Source of the DNA: Takakia lepidozioides
Lineage: Eukaryota; Plantae; Bryophyta
Direction: 5' to 3'
Length of the DNA stretch: 64,000 bases
Assembly: GCA_030704615.1 (NCBI GenBank)
Contig: CM060731.1
Coordinates: forward strand, 23,684,001 to 23,748,000
A model generated the notes under the pieces. It had not been told where the DNA came from. It worked only from the letters and a program-made list of their open reading frames with translations, and made no database searches. Positions 24,138 through 36,300 of the stretch are shown in pieces; the stretch's first letter is position 1, and every line of letters begins with the position of its first letter. Position numbers and translations under genes: made by a program.

Positions 24138-26294
24138 ATGCTGGCAACGGTAATCACAGTGGAGTCAATCTGAATTATCTGCACTTACTGTCCGCCCTAA
24201 ACTATACTGAATGTCGTTGCCGCCAATCACTTACACATAGATGTCATTACACAACACCGATCCCGCAGGTCGTTATCTTTTGTGATTGTCGTTAATGCCG
24301 TTCGCTATCGCTCTCGCTTTTGTTTTGAATACGGCAGTATCAGCTTTGCTTGTGTAGATTGTGCTGAATTGTTTCACACCATTCATAGTGAGTTTCTTTG
24401 AGACAGAGTGATGGTCGTTACCGCCATTCACTATTTGCAAATTACTCAGTCAGAACTGAATGGCATCGTGTAGAAAACTGTGAGGTCGAAGCCTACAGGA
24501 TCAGAGGGGAAAGGATCTGGAGATGGGGACGAGTCCGCAAAAAGCTCAGAGAATACAGATGAAGCAGATGAATCTGAAGTGCACTACCTTGACAAGGTGA
24601 AAGAACTCATGTCATTCCAAAAGGTAAACTCTCAGGAGGTTATAAGGGACATGCTCGTATCTGGAGGGCGTCTGGACATCCCTCTGTGCCGGATGATATC
24701 AATGCCTGTTGTGCGTCCACCTCTTTCCCATGACATAACAAAATTGGAGAGTGATTTTGTGCATGGATATAGACTTGGTGCACAAGTTTTTTATGTGTCA
24801 CTGACGGATATAAATGGGAAAAGCACATTAGTGTCTCCAGAGATCAGTGATAACTGGGATGAGTGCTGGAAAGATGCCAATGAGGAGTTCGAGCTGGGCC
24901 TCATGATGGGAAAGAACACCCAGCAATTCTGCAACCACATGTTCTACGTCTGGGACGGCAACCACCGATTGCTGGCATGGATGGGATACATTCAGAAACA
25001 CCATGCGAAAGCCAAAGACAAGCATGTTGCTGTGGAGGCAATGGTTTTGGATCCTGGAAACGACATCGCTAGGCTTCTTATAGCTATGCACGACGTGAAC
25101 AAGTAAGTCATCCAGGAGATTTCATTCCCTCTGTAGTGTCTTATTAATACCCAAAAAATAGTGTTAAGGAATGTAATGTTTCCAATGTTTTTGCAGATTG
25201 ACAGAGAAATCGCATGTGACAACAAGCTTGGTTCACACACTATTCCGAATTCAGAGGATTGGTCTGATGAAGCTGGATGATTTTCGGACAGTACTACCAC
25301 CCAATATCATCAAGAAGTGCGAAACATGAAGAGCTGTAGGCACTTGGTATTCTTTGACACGAGAGGCGTTTCTGGAGTACATGTATGCGGTAAGCCCGAG
25401 TCTGTACTCAATTTACTTTTCGAATACATGTTTGTAGTCCCTTCGGTGCTAATCACTACTTGAATCAATGCAGCAAGAACTGGCAGAGGCAGCTGAGAAG
25501 GGAAAATCCGAATATTACCGCACCACACCAGAGGAACTAAGGACATCAAAGGGTGTGGAAGCTGCAATAAAGAAGGAGTTTGAAATGCGAAGAACCAAAT
25601 TGATGTCCACCTTCGGAAAGCAGCTTAGAATAGTAGATCCTGGACTTGGTTCTGAGTTCCTTCAGCAGATCAAAACACACTATGACAAGCATGTGCATCC
25701 GGAGATGCAGCAGGAGAAATTGCACCGGCTGGCCATATCGATGGTCGACCCACAAACAAAAATAAGGTGGCTGGAGATATGGAACTCAAATCAAACAGTA
25801 AAGGACTTGAATCAGTTCCCAAATAGCACCATACAGCCTGACACAAAGGTGGAAAAAATCAGTGATTTGGTGTTTGATAACTGGCTCCACAAGGCTACAT
25901 TTTGGAGTCAGGTGTGTATTCAAACATGTCGTTTTCTTCTCTTCAAGTATGTGATGAGTATCTTATTTGCAATTCTGACAAATATACAATCTGCAGCTCG
26001 AAAAACGCGCCGTCATTGTGCTGGATCAGACTTTGAAGGATCTGAACATTTCAATTGTTTCGCCTCCCCAAATGTCATTGGAGGCATACATAAGGAAGTG
26101 GAGAGGTCTCACCTGGAGATACTGTTTTTTCCGGGAGTTCTCCAAAGATGGTAACATTTTACGGTCCAACGACTTTGACAGTCAGGTTGGAGGAGAGTGG
26201 GCCATGATGCGAGCTGTTTACAGGTGCAATGTTATACTTGAAACTCTACTGCTTTTTTTGGGAAAATATAAGGATTGCAATCATAGATCTAGAT

Positions 26295-27008
26295 TGAATG
26301 TCGTTGACGACATTCACTTCTTTGTCTGAGTCATTCTTAAGCGAGTATATGAATTCACCTGGTTCTAAGGGTGTAATTATAGTGTCCTTGATTAGAATTG
26401 ATAGTGTCCTTGAATGGCGTTGACGACATTCACAACCGGAGTTGTTGAGAGGTCCTCAGAGTTATGTAAATTTTTATAATGTCCATAGAGGTTACAGTGA
26501 GGGTTCCTCACTTCATTTTGCTGAATGTCAATGCAGACATTCAGTTGTTCTGCATTGTTTTTGCCTCTTGCGAGGAATCTGAAGGCTTGATAAGCTCTGT
26601 TATGAGAAATCCAAAGTGAATGTCGTTGACGACATTCACTTCTGTGTCTGTATTATTCACCAGTGACAATTTGAATTTACACGGATTGGTATTTTTGTGA
26701 ATGGCGTTGACGCCATTCACATACAGTGTTGTTGTGAGGTCCTCAGTGATATGTTTGTTATGAATGTGCATTGAGTTTTCCGGGAGGGTTCCTTACTCGA
26801 GTTTATGATTTCCATCCTGTGATTTTGCTTCATTTGAGGAATAATTAGGCTTGATTAGGAGTGTATTCACAAATCCAAAGTGAATGTCGTTGACGACATT
26901 CACTTCTATGTCTGTGTCATTCCAAAACGATAGTTTGCATTCACCTGGATTAGGGTGTATTTACAGTATCATTGAATGGAATGTTTTGAATGGCGTTGAC
27001 GACATTCA
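26295..27008. repeat. Six palindromes (G)TGAATG(T/G)CG-TTGA-CG(A/C)CATTCA(C) in three diverged ~260-320-bp tandem units within intron 26224-27150
   Basis: Copies at 26295-26316, 26411-26432, 26614-26641, 26696-26721, 26878-26905 and 26987-27008. Confidence 0.95.
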
Positions 27009-30000
27009 CATCTGGAGCAGTCGTGTGGTCCTGAAAGGTCCTTGGAGCAGTTCTGAGAGCCATTTCAATCTATGTTTTTTTCATTCTGTTCTACTTGCAT
27101 CTTACTCACTGAGCGCTTGTGTGGGTTGGGATTTATCTCCTTTTTTTCAGGTACACGAAATATGTGCTCATGGAAGGAAATCACTTGAGCGGAATTCCAG
27201 ACTATCTTGACATGTGGTCGGACCCTGCAAACGATCCAACCATGTATACTGCAGGGATATTGAAGGACTGGAGTCCTTCTCACTTCAGAGACTGTGGGTG
27301 GTACCTTGACTGCCCACCGGAGCACACGACCTTTCAAGAACAACATATGAAATACTTGAACAATAACGCTGAGATGCTGGCGCCTTTGACTGACGAAGAG
27401 TACCAACGAAACATAGCAACATTGGCTGCCAAGGAGCCTGATGCTCAGGGAACGCCGCAGAAGGGAAAGAAGGCGGGCCGTAAACCAAAAGACAAGGCTG
27501 TTGATGTCATAGCCATCTCACCAGCAAAGCCAAAGGACAAAGACAAGTCCAAAGAGAAGGAAAAGGACAAGGGGAAGGAGAAAGAAAAGGAGATGGAGAG
27601 TGGGCATGACTTTACTGCTGGAAGATATACCCGCACTGTTCAGTGCGTGTTCGATGCCAAGCCACACCCTTTCCGTTCTGATTCGGCAGGAGAGATGAAA
27701 ATTGTTAATGAGGGTTGGCTGTCGATGATGCAGAGTCGAAAGAGAGGATACACTGGGGTGCCTTCGCCTACCTGGGACAATATAATCTCATTCCTCAATC
27801 TGGTGAGAATTCCAGTTTCTTTCCTTTTTCTCTGAAAGTTTCGTTGGCAGTATTTCAGTCTCGTTCTTTGAAAACATTCTTGCCATCGTTCTTATAAAAA
27901 ACATGTCTGTTGCAGGTGAGCACAGGTCCCACCTTCGTGTGCGGTGTGCAGAAAACTTATGCGGCCGACATTGTCATTCTCGACATCCCAGATGGCCAGG
28001 CTGTGCCAGAAGTTCTTCCAAAGGGCAAGACGCCAGGCTGGAACAAATTCGAGGACAACTACTGGAGTTGGGTGTTCGGGTTCTGTAATAACTTCCTCTC
28101 TGATGCAGGGACACTTCTGCTTTTTCAGTCATGTGACAATGATAGTCGTCGGGCATTGGCATCATACCTCAAGTCTTCAGGGTTTGAAGTTTTGCGCACA
28201 TGGAATTGTGTGAACAACCTCTACCTTGTGAAAGGGGATTTCCCTGGTCAGCTGGTATGTCGTCTCCCTTCTGCTTGTGCTTTCATGATGAGTTTCAATG
28301 TTCTCTGCAGCTCCACTCTAGTAGAATCTGTTATGATCGACACCGATCATCACCGATTCGTGATAAAAATGATTTTATTGTGTCTGAGTTCTGAATAGCC
28401 GATGTACACACTTCCACTATAGATTGTGTTTACCACACTAACCTGCTATCTTTGGCAGACGAGGATGTTCGAGGCGATCTGCCTGCGGAGGATTCGCACC
28501 TCAAAGACACCATCCTCCATCCGCAACTTTGAGATTTCTGACCAGGGTTGTTTCGTCAACCCCCCTATGAGCCCCATGTCGATGACATTTTGTACAACTT
28601 CATGCAGTCCAGTCAGACTCTGAAGAGACCAGATGGCACTCCCTGGAGAGGTGCAAAGGAAAAGTCCCCAGCGTTCATGCAAATACTGCTGGAGTCATGC
28701 AGCCACCGCTCTACACGGGTGGTCGATCTTTCTGTGTCCACATGTTCGTTCTTTCCCTTCCGAAATTGGTTTTCTTTCAACAGTTTCATCTGCTTAAATC
28801 CCCCCCACCAAACTGTTCATGTCCTCCTGTCTGGTGCAGGAGCAACTTACCATGCATGCAAGGCAGGCGGAAGAAGCCTTTTTGGCATGGAGGGTGATTC
28901 TGACCTCTACAACACAGTGCTCCTCCCCCTTTTGTCTGGCTCCACTTCAGGCACACAGACTGATCGGATTCAAATTCGAAATGATGACGATCCCGAAGAT
29001 AAGCAGGTCGACAACGACTTTTCATGTGAGTAAGTGCTAAACCCTCTTTGGGAGCCATACTCAATTTCTCAATAACATCAAAGTTACAGTAATAACTTTT
29101 TCAGGCTGTCTTTCAGGAAAGGCAGCGGTGGATCTTCAGGAGATACAGTCATTTCTGGCGAGTCTGTTTTCGACAGCCCCCTTTCCAATTTTCTGCTTCC
29201 TGTTTATGCCGAAGCAATGGCACTTCACGCGGCCGAGTCCCTATCCCCTGACTTTTTAGTGGCTAGCTGTAGGTGTATCCAGCGTGGATCCGGTGTTCTA
29301 AAATACTTAGACTTAGATGCAGAGGAAGCGGGGATACATTGTACTGACTCTGAGTCAGACTGAACTATATTCTTTTAATATTCATTTTCATACTATCTGG
29401 AAAACGTTGAATCCCCTTCCTCCACCGTAGTTGTTCCTTTAGAACAAATAATAATCACATAATCAACTTTCATTTAAATTGCAATATGTATGAATCCATC
29501 TCACAAACCTCTCTGACTCTTCTCATATCCATTGTGCATTCATCTATAGTGTATTCATGCGTGTTCCATTCATGAATTTTTTCCTTTGTTCAACATCCAT
29601 TGTACATTCATCCTCTGTACTCTTTAATCCACCCCACAAACCTTCCACACTCATTTCATATACGTTGTGCATTCGTCAAAAGTTTTGGTCATGCATCTTC
29701 CTGTCATGAATTTTTGTCATTCCTCAACATCCATTATACATTCATCCATTTTACTCTTATCCATCCCTCATTCATCCATCTACATTCATTTTTCACACTC
29801 ATCCATCTGTTTATCATCCAACTGTACATTCATCCATCCTTTATTCAATGCCTTTTATTATGTCGTCCAGCTTGTTTCCACGGTAAAGGGTGCCAATCCG
29901 CGGAAATACACTCCACTTCTTTCTGGGCGCGTGGTGACGCGGCCTTCACGTGTGATGACGTGGCGTGAGCACTGTTGCGCTCACGTGACCAGGCTCACGC

Positions 30001-30019
30001 CGAGGCATCCCTGCTTCAG

Positions 30020-32531
30020 AGAGTGCCACATCACCACCCTCACCCAACTTATCACCGCAACAGGCCGCCGACTTTTAAAACCAAGTGAATTCACTACTAA
30101 ATTCTCGCGTGCTACAACCAAAACTAGTCGGTACTTACAACACCTCCGTACACTCTTTTGCCACCCATCCAAAGCCTGCACCCTTGATTGCAATCTTCCC
30201 TGCCTTTACTACCCACACACGGCCCAAGATTTGCTCCCTCAATATAGGACCACCCCAACCGCCTCCATCTACCAGAAGCTTAGCACATCATATGTCGCTA
30301 ACACTCCCACATATACTGAACCTGATCCCCTCTCTCAAGCACATGCCACGCAACATACTATACCAATTAGCAACTCTTCCCTAACACTAGCCTCCCCAAC
30401 TAATATGCCAGACACTCCCACCCACCCCCCACTATCCCCCAAAGTGACCCACCCTACCTCCCCGCATAACTCTATTAACCCTGATGCTTATGTCATTGAA
30501 GCCATACTAGGTATAAGAACCCAAACATCAATTGACGCTTTTGGGGCCACCTGTGTTGACATATACTACCATTGCAAGTGGGCAGGCTACCTTGACGAAG
30601 ACAACACATGGCAAATAGAAGACGATCTATTCGGTCCACATGCTGATTGCGACCCAGACCACAATCTCACCCTTCTCACCACATTCTACAAAAGCACTAA
30701 CATTGACTATTTAACACATATTCACCAACAACACGCCACCCCCGTCCAACACACAGACAATAGATACATTCATAAGCCGATCTTGGCCCCCAATGTACAC
30801 ATATGCATCGCTGAATGCAGACAAAGATATCCAACATGATCAATCACTAATCCGCATGGGCCCCCGCCTTTCTAACATATATGCACAAAATGGCCGCTTC
30901 ATCGGATTTATCCCCAACGATAGATTAACATGGCTATGGCACAAGTACTCTACCCCAAAGCCATACTCACAGGAGCTACTACCACCAAAACAAGATTTTG
31001 CCATAAAAGTTTATTGGCTTATCGACCACTACCTCAAAGACACCCCTCCTAAAAAGCCACGTTCCCTTGTCCGGTTAGCAACGGCAAGCGCACACCATAC
31101 TATTCCCAAAGATATTCTCGCCTTACTTATCAAAACATTCCAGATCACTCACTCATACTACTCTAATCCACTGACATGCCCTATGGAATTGGACACATTT
31201 GCTAGTCCACATCACAAAGATTGCATTTTCGGGGCCACTGGTCATGCTACTCAACATACCTGGGAGAGCCGTGGTCTCGCCCACCCTCCCTCCGGACCCC
31301 CCACCCATGAAGCTCTTCAATGGGCCAAATTTGCCGCGTATTCATCTCCTTGCGCTTCAACTATCCTCATCCTTACACAACAAAACACACCTACCACCTC
31401 CCACCCACTTCTACACCTCCCTACTGGGGTCAAGCTATTAGCCACAATTGACCCAAACCAACTTAAGTATACTCATACCCCTCCTTTTCCAAAATACCTC
31501 TGGCAGAAGAAACCTACCCTAACCCTCATCTTGCATGTCCAAAACCCCCATTATGTTGACATACCTACACCTTTCTTTCGCGAACTAGAACATCTACTAA
31601 CCATAATACACAAAATAAAGGCCATCATCCACCATCCATCTACCCCTCATTGCACAAGCACATCTACCCCCCTCCCTCGAATTAAAACAAATAAAGCCTG
31701 GATTGGGGCACTGCCGCGCCCCCCCCCAGGCCACATTAGCAACCCCCCTCCCCCACATCCCCTCATTATATTTGCAAACCCACACCCTCAAGTACCCAGC
31801 TTCCGCGAACTCTCACTACACTGATGGATCCCTTACTAAATCTAATGCAGGCTACGGTATCTACCATGCAAGAACATGGAGAGGGGTTGCCCTTAGTCTC
31901 CCTGGCCCTGCCACCATTCTCAGGGCCGAGCTTATGGCCATCTACGACGCTTTCCTCCTACTTGACACCTTCCCCCCTCCATACTTTATCTTCATCGACA
32001 GCCTTATCTCCTCATTTCCTATCCGCAACCACATCGCTCGCCCCTCCTCTCACCACCATCATCATGACCATAACCTTATTTCAGCCATTGTAAATGCTGA
32101 CGTCTCTAAAAGACACCCAGTCCACCTACTCAAAGTATGCTCGTACATTGGCATTCAAAGGAATGAGGAGGCCGACCTCCTCGCTCAACTTGGTGCCATC
32201 AAATCCAAAGCTAACCCCATGGACGACCCTATTCACATCGCCCACACCCACATTTTTTGGTTTATACACCCAATTCTGGACCCTACGGCACCACGACCCA
32301 TATGCAATCTCTTGGCCACCCTCACCAGTGAAGCAAACAAACAAGCCGCAGCCTCTATCAGTCATACCAAAGTACATATTAAAAAATGGACCCAATCCGA
32401 AGTACTACACCACAAACTCTCGAACCACTTCTAGCAAACCAAAGCTACCACTAATGCACAAACCCGCCAGACACTCAAATTTAGATACGCCCAATACATG
32501 GGTCACCAACGCAAACACATTTTCTGGCCAC
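30020..32531 (+). mobile_element. LINE middle part: chromodomain, PCIF1-like methyltransferase-fold segment, RNase H
   Basis: YVIEAILG..YHCKWAGYLDEDNTWQ (30489-30629); YYSNPLTC..FASP..DCIFGATG..LAHPP (~31150-31293); HYTDGS (31814), ILRAELMAI, FIDS, GIQRNEEADLLA. Same A/C-rich strand as 7570-11777. Confidence 0.85.
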
Positions 32532-33159
32532 TGTCACGGACATAGCCCAAAAGAACTTACCAGGAGTAAATACCAAAAGTTATCAAGTTACCATGTCATC
32601 ATGATTTACCGTGATTTACTATGATCAACCATGAGTTACCATTAGTTACCAAATTACCGAGAATAACTTGGGAAACTGCACTGGAAACTTCTTTTGAAAG
32701 AAACTTCTCCATGAAGATACCTTCTTTGTTTAACGAAATTTCTTCATCAAGAAATCTTTGTTCAACCTTGGAAACTTCTCCATCAAGAAACCTCCATTGG
32801 AGAAGCTTCTTAGGGAACTTCCTAGTAGCCAATATATATAGGAGGCGAGACTGGACACTCTTCAGTCTCGCCAACACAAGTTCAATCTACTCTTGTTTCC
32901 AGTTCCAGTACTCCAGTTCAGCTTCCAGTACTCTAGCCCAGTTTCCAGTATTTAGCACTCTAGTCCAGTTTCCAGCATTCCAATATTCAAGTTGAGTTCC
33001 AGTATCTTGTACTCTTGTCCATTGTTATAAAGATCATCTTGATTCATGTTTACGCATGATGCATTCGGCCACGCCGACCTTGACTTATTGTCCAGTCTTG
33101 TATCTCTAGTCTGATTTCTTGTTTGTGTTCAGTCATGTTCTTGTCCTTGATAGTTTGGC

Positions 33160-33391
33160 GGGTAGAAGCATGCTGCAGTGGCTCACTTTGTGAAATTTTT
33201 GTCCAGTCTAAACTAGTCTATTTTCATAGGAACTTTAAATTAGGTGTTGCAATTTATTTTTGTTGTCAACTCAATTTGAGATCACCCAAAAATTGGTTTC
33301 CAAACAAAGCTGTTGTGTTTTGAAGATGAAAAATGAGAGTAAGATTAGAGTAGATTGGACAAAAGTGAGCCACTGTAGCATGCTTCTGCCC
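33160..33391. mobile_element. 232-bp MITE with ~40-bp TIRs (GGG...CCC) and 4-bp TSD TGGC, inserted in the chromovirus PBS
   Basis: gggtagaagcatgctgcagtggctcacttt... / ...aaagtgagccactgtagcatgcttctgccc; tggc at 33156-33159 and 33392-33395. Confidence 0.85.
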
Positions 33392-36300
33392 TGGCGAGAC
33401 TAAAGTTTGTTCCTTAGTTAGTTAAGATAGAAGACACATTTGCGGAAATGGTCGCAACATTGCAGAGTCTTCAGCTCCAGATGCAAGAACTTCGTACCTC
33501 TACCACCCAATTACAAGCTGATCAGTCTTAAGATCTTGGCAACGCTCTCCACAATTTGCAACAATAAATTTCAAAGTTAAAGGAGTCGAACAATGGATCT
33601 TCAACTATACGAGTCTATATTGCAACAGCTCCTACTGCAATGGTTCATCTTCAACAGATTACTAGAAAACCAAAGATCAGCATGCCCGAGAAATTTGATG
33701 GACGAGATCAAGATTTCGCGGTTTTGTTCAACAAATACGACTGTTCCTACGACTACATCCACAATGTTACCTTGATGAAGGTATTCAAGTGAGATTTGTA
33801 AGCACCATTCTATCAGGCACTGCCCTATCTTGGTTTGCACCGCTATTAGAAAAAAATTCGCATTTACTATACAATTTTGAAGCATTCATGTCCGAGTTCA
33901 CTGCAACGTTTGGAGAGAATGATAGAGAGAAAGTTGCAGAGACAAAGATGCGAAATCTTCGACAAGGAGCACGTCCTGCTTCTGTTTATGCTGCCGAATT
34001 TCGACCACTTGCGTGCGACTTTGACTGGAATGAGAAGAGCCCCATTAATCAGTTTCGATATGGGCTAAAAGAGGATGTAAAAGATTTGTTGCTGACAATG
34101 CCAAACGTGAGCACACTGAGCAAATTCATCACCCAAGTCATTACATGTGATAATCGTTTGTTCGAAAGACGTCAAGAGAAACGATCTAGATGGTCGACGA
34201 CGCATCATGCCGCTGCTACTACGGCACCAAACACAACGATCCATCAGACATCCGATAGTGATCCTATGCAGATTGATGATGTCCGATTCAAGCCATTGAC
34301 GCCATAAGAAAAACAACCCCAACAAGAGAAGATTCAAAGCTCGGGGCGCAACTCAAGTGTTCGATACGAGGAGGTCGGAAAACGAAGATGTCCAGTCACA
34401 ATAGAGACCATGTGGCTTGACACCACAAATTCCTCACAAAAAATAAGTCTATTTCTACCTCCAGACCCTGCACCTTGCTTTACAGTTCCGGTAAAAATCA
34501 GAGTGCAAAATCAAGATATCTTTGTAGAAGCATTTTTGGACTCTGGGGCTTCAGCACGTTTTATTGACAAAAACTTTGCGAAACAACACAATTTAACGCT
34601 CGTAAAGAAAAAAACTCTCGGCCCACGTTGCAATCATTGATGGACAACCGTTAGCATCAGGAAATGTTGACCATGAAACTCGACCACTTGAAGTAAAGCT
34701 TGAAGATCAAACATTACATATTGTTTTCAATGTCATCCAGTCTCCAACGAATCCTATAATCCTTGGACTTCCCTGGTTCGTACTTCACAATCCTGACATC
34801 GACCGGCGATCGCGAAAAATTTCTGTAAGACAAAAATGTAGAAATATCAAAGGTATTCAACCCCTGTTCCTTGGAGTTAGAGCTTTCCTGAGAGCTACCA
34901 AAAATGATGCGGCATTTGCACTTTATGCGACTCCGATCAAAACCACAACAGACAAAGATACTTCAACATTACCCACTCAATAACAAGATTTCAAGGATGT
35001 CTTCGAGAAGAAAAATGCAGACATATTGCCAGAACATCGACCTTATGACTGTGCAATTGAGTTACAAGAAGGAGCCCAACCACCATTCGACCCAATCTAT
35101 AATTTATCCCAGACGGAGTTGGCTGCATTACGTGAGTACATTGATGAAAATTTGTCGAAGAACGTCATCCGACATTCAAAATCACCTGTGGGGGCGCCTA
35201 TCTTATTTGTGAAAAAGAAGGATGAATCATTACGCATGTGTATAGACTATCGCGGTCTCAACAAAGTCACAATTAAGAATCGTTATCCGTTGCCGCTGAT
35301 TTTTGGACTTCTCGACCAGCTGGGACGAGCAAAGATTTTCACCGAAAAATTGACTTGAGATGAGCTTATAACCTTGTACGGATTTTAAAAAAAAAACAAA
35401 TGAAAAACAGCTTTTCGAACAAGATATTGACATTTTGAATACAGTGTTATGCCTTTCGGTCTTACAAATGCTCCAGCAATTTTCCAACATATGATAAATG
35501 ACATCTTTCGAGAATTTTTAGATGACTTTGTAGTCATCTTTTTGGACGACATTTTGATATTTTCACAGAATGAAGAAGAACATGACTGCCATGTACGTCT
35601 TGTCCTTGATAAATTAAGAGAAAGAGGACTATATGCCAAGTTGGAAAAATGTCTTTTTCATCAATCTGAGGTCGAATTTCTGGGCTACATTATTTCTGAC
35701 AAAAGCGTCTTTATGGATTAGAAGAAAATACAAACCACTATCGAGTGGATTAAACCAACTTCGGTCCGAGATGTACAATGTTTTTTGGGATTTGTAAATT
35801 TCTATAGAATCTTCATCAATGACTACTCCAAGATTGCTGCACCATTGACACGACTCACAAGGAAGAACAAATTTATATGGGACGAGAAAGCTGACCAGGC
35901 ATTTGAAAGGCTGAACCAGACATTTACAACGGCTCCAATATTGGTACATGCAGACCCATCTAAACCATTCTTTTTGGAAGCAGATGCATGGGACTTTGCA
36001 CCTGACGCTATACTCTTTCTATACGGTACGGATGGTCGACTTCACCTTGTTGGTTTTTGTTCTCGCAAATTTTCCGCTGTAGAGATCAATTACGAAATCC
36101 ATGACAAAGAACTTCTAGCGATCATCGATGCTTTTGAGGAGTGACGTCATCTATTGGAGGGAGCTAAACATCAGGTCACTGTCTATACCGATCACAAAAA
36201 CCTCGAATATTTTATGAGTGCTCGTATTTTGAATCGACGTCAAGCAAGATGAGGTATGTCACTAGCATGGTTTGATTTTGTTATTGCCTATCGCCCTGGA

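Larger units (their letters stand above)
23582..29363 (+). pseudogene. Multi-exon cargo gene: ParB/Srx-like N-terminal domain fused to a beta-class (N6A/N4C) DNA methyltransferase-like C-terminal domain
   Basis: FYVWDGNHRLLAW (DGNHR 24954-24968); ADIVILDIPDG (27982-27996); LSDAGTLLLF; WRGAKEKSPAFMQILLESCS..VVDLSVST(G)ATYHACKAGGRSLFGMEGD. Motif IV precedes motif I, the beta-class order. Basic NLS-like RRKRK and lysine-rich linker. TAA in exon 1; splicing the 96-nt intron 28744-28839 creates TGA at the motif-I glycine. Confidence 0.75.
18904..30016 (+). mobile_element. MULE-like (Mutator superfamily-type DDE) DNA transposon with two genes: transposase and ParB-methyltransferase cargo
   Basis: Short imperfect inverted termini (AAGCATCGGATTCCCTCTCGCGTGA vs reverse complement AAGCAGGGATGCCTCGGCGTGA) with CAG on both flanks (18901-18903, 30017-30019). 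The ends coincide with the LTR truncation point and the resumption of LINE sequence. Confidence 0.7.

Noticed and set aside
26295-27008. CRISPR array
   Set aside because: Spacers are long and uneven (~55-180 bp) and resemble each other as parts of larger tandem units; no cas genes; eukaryotic intron.
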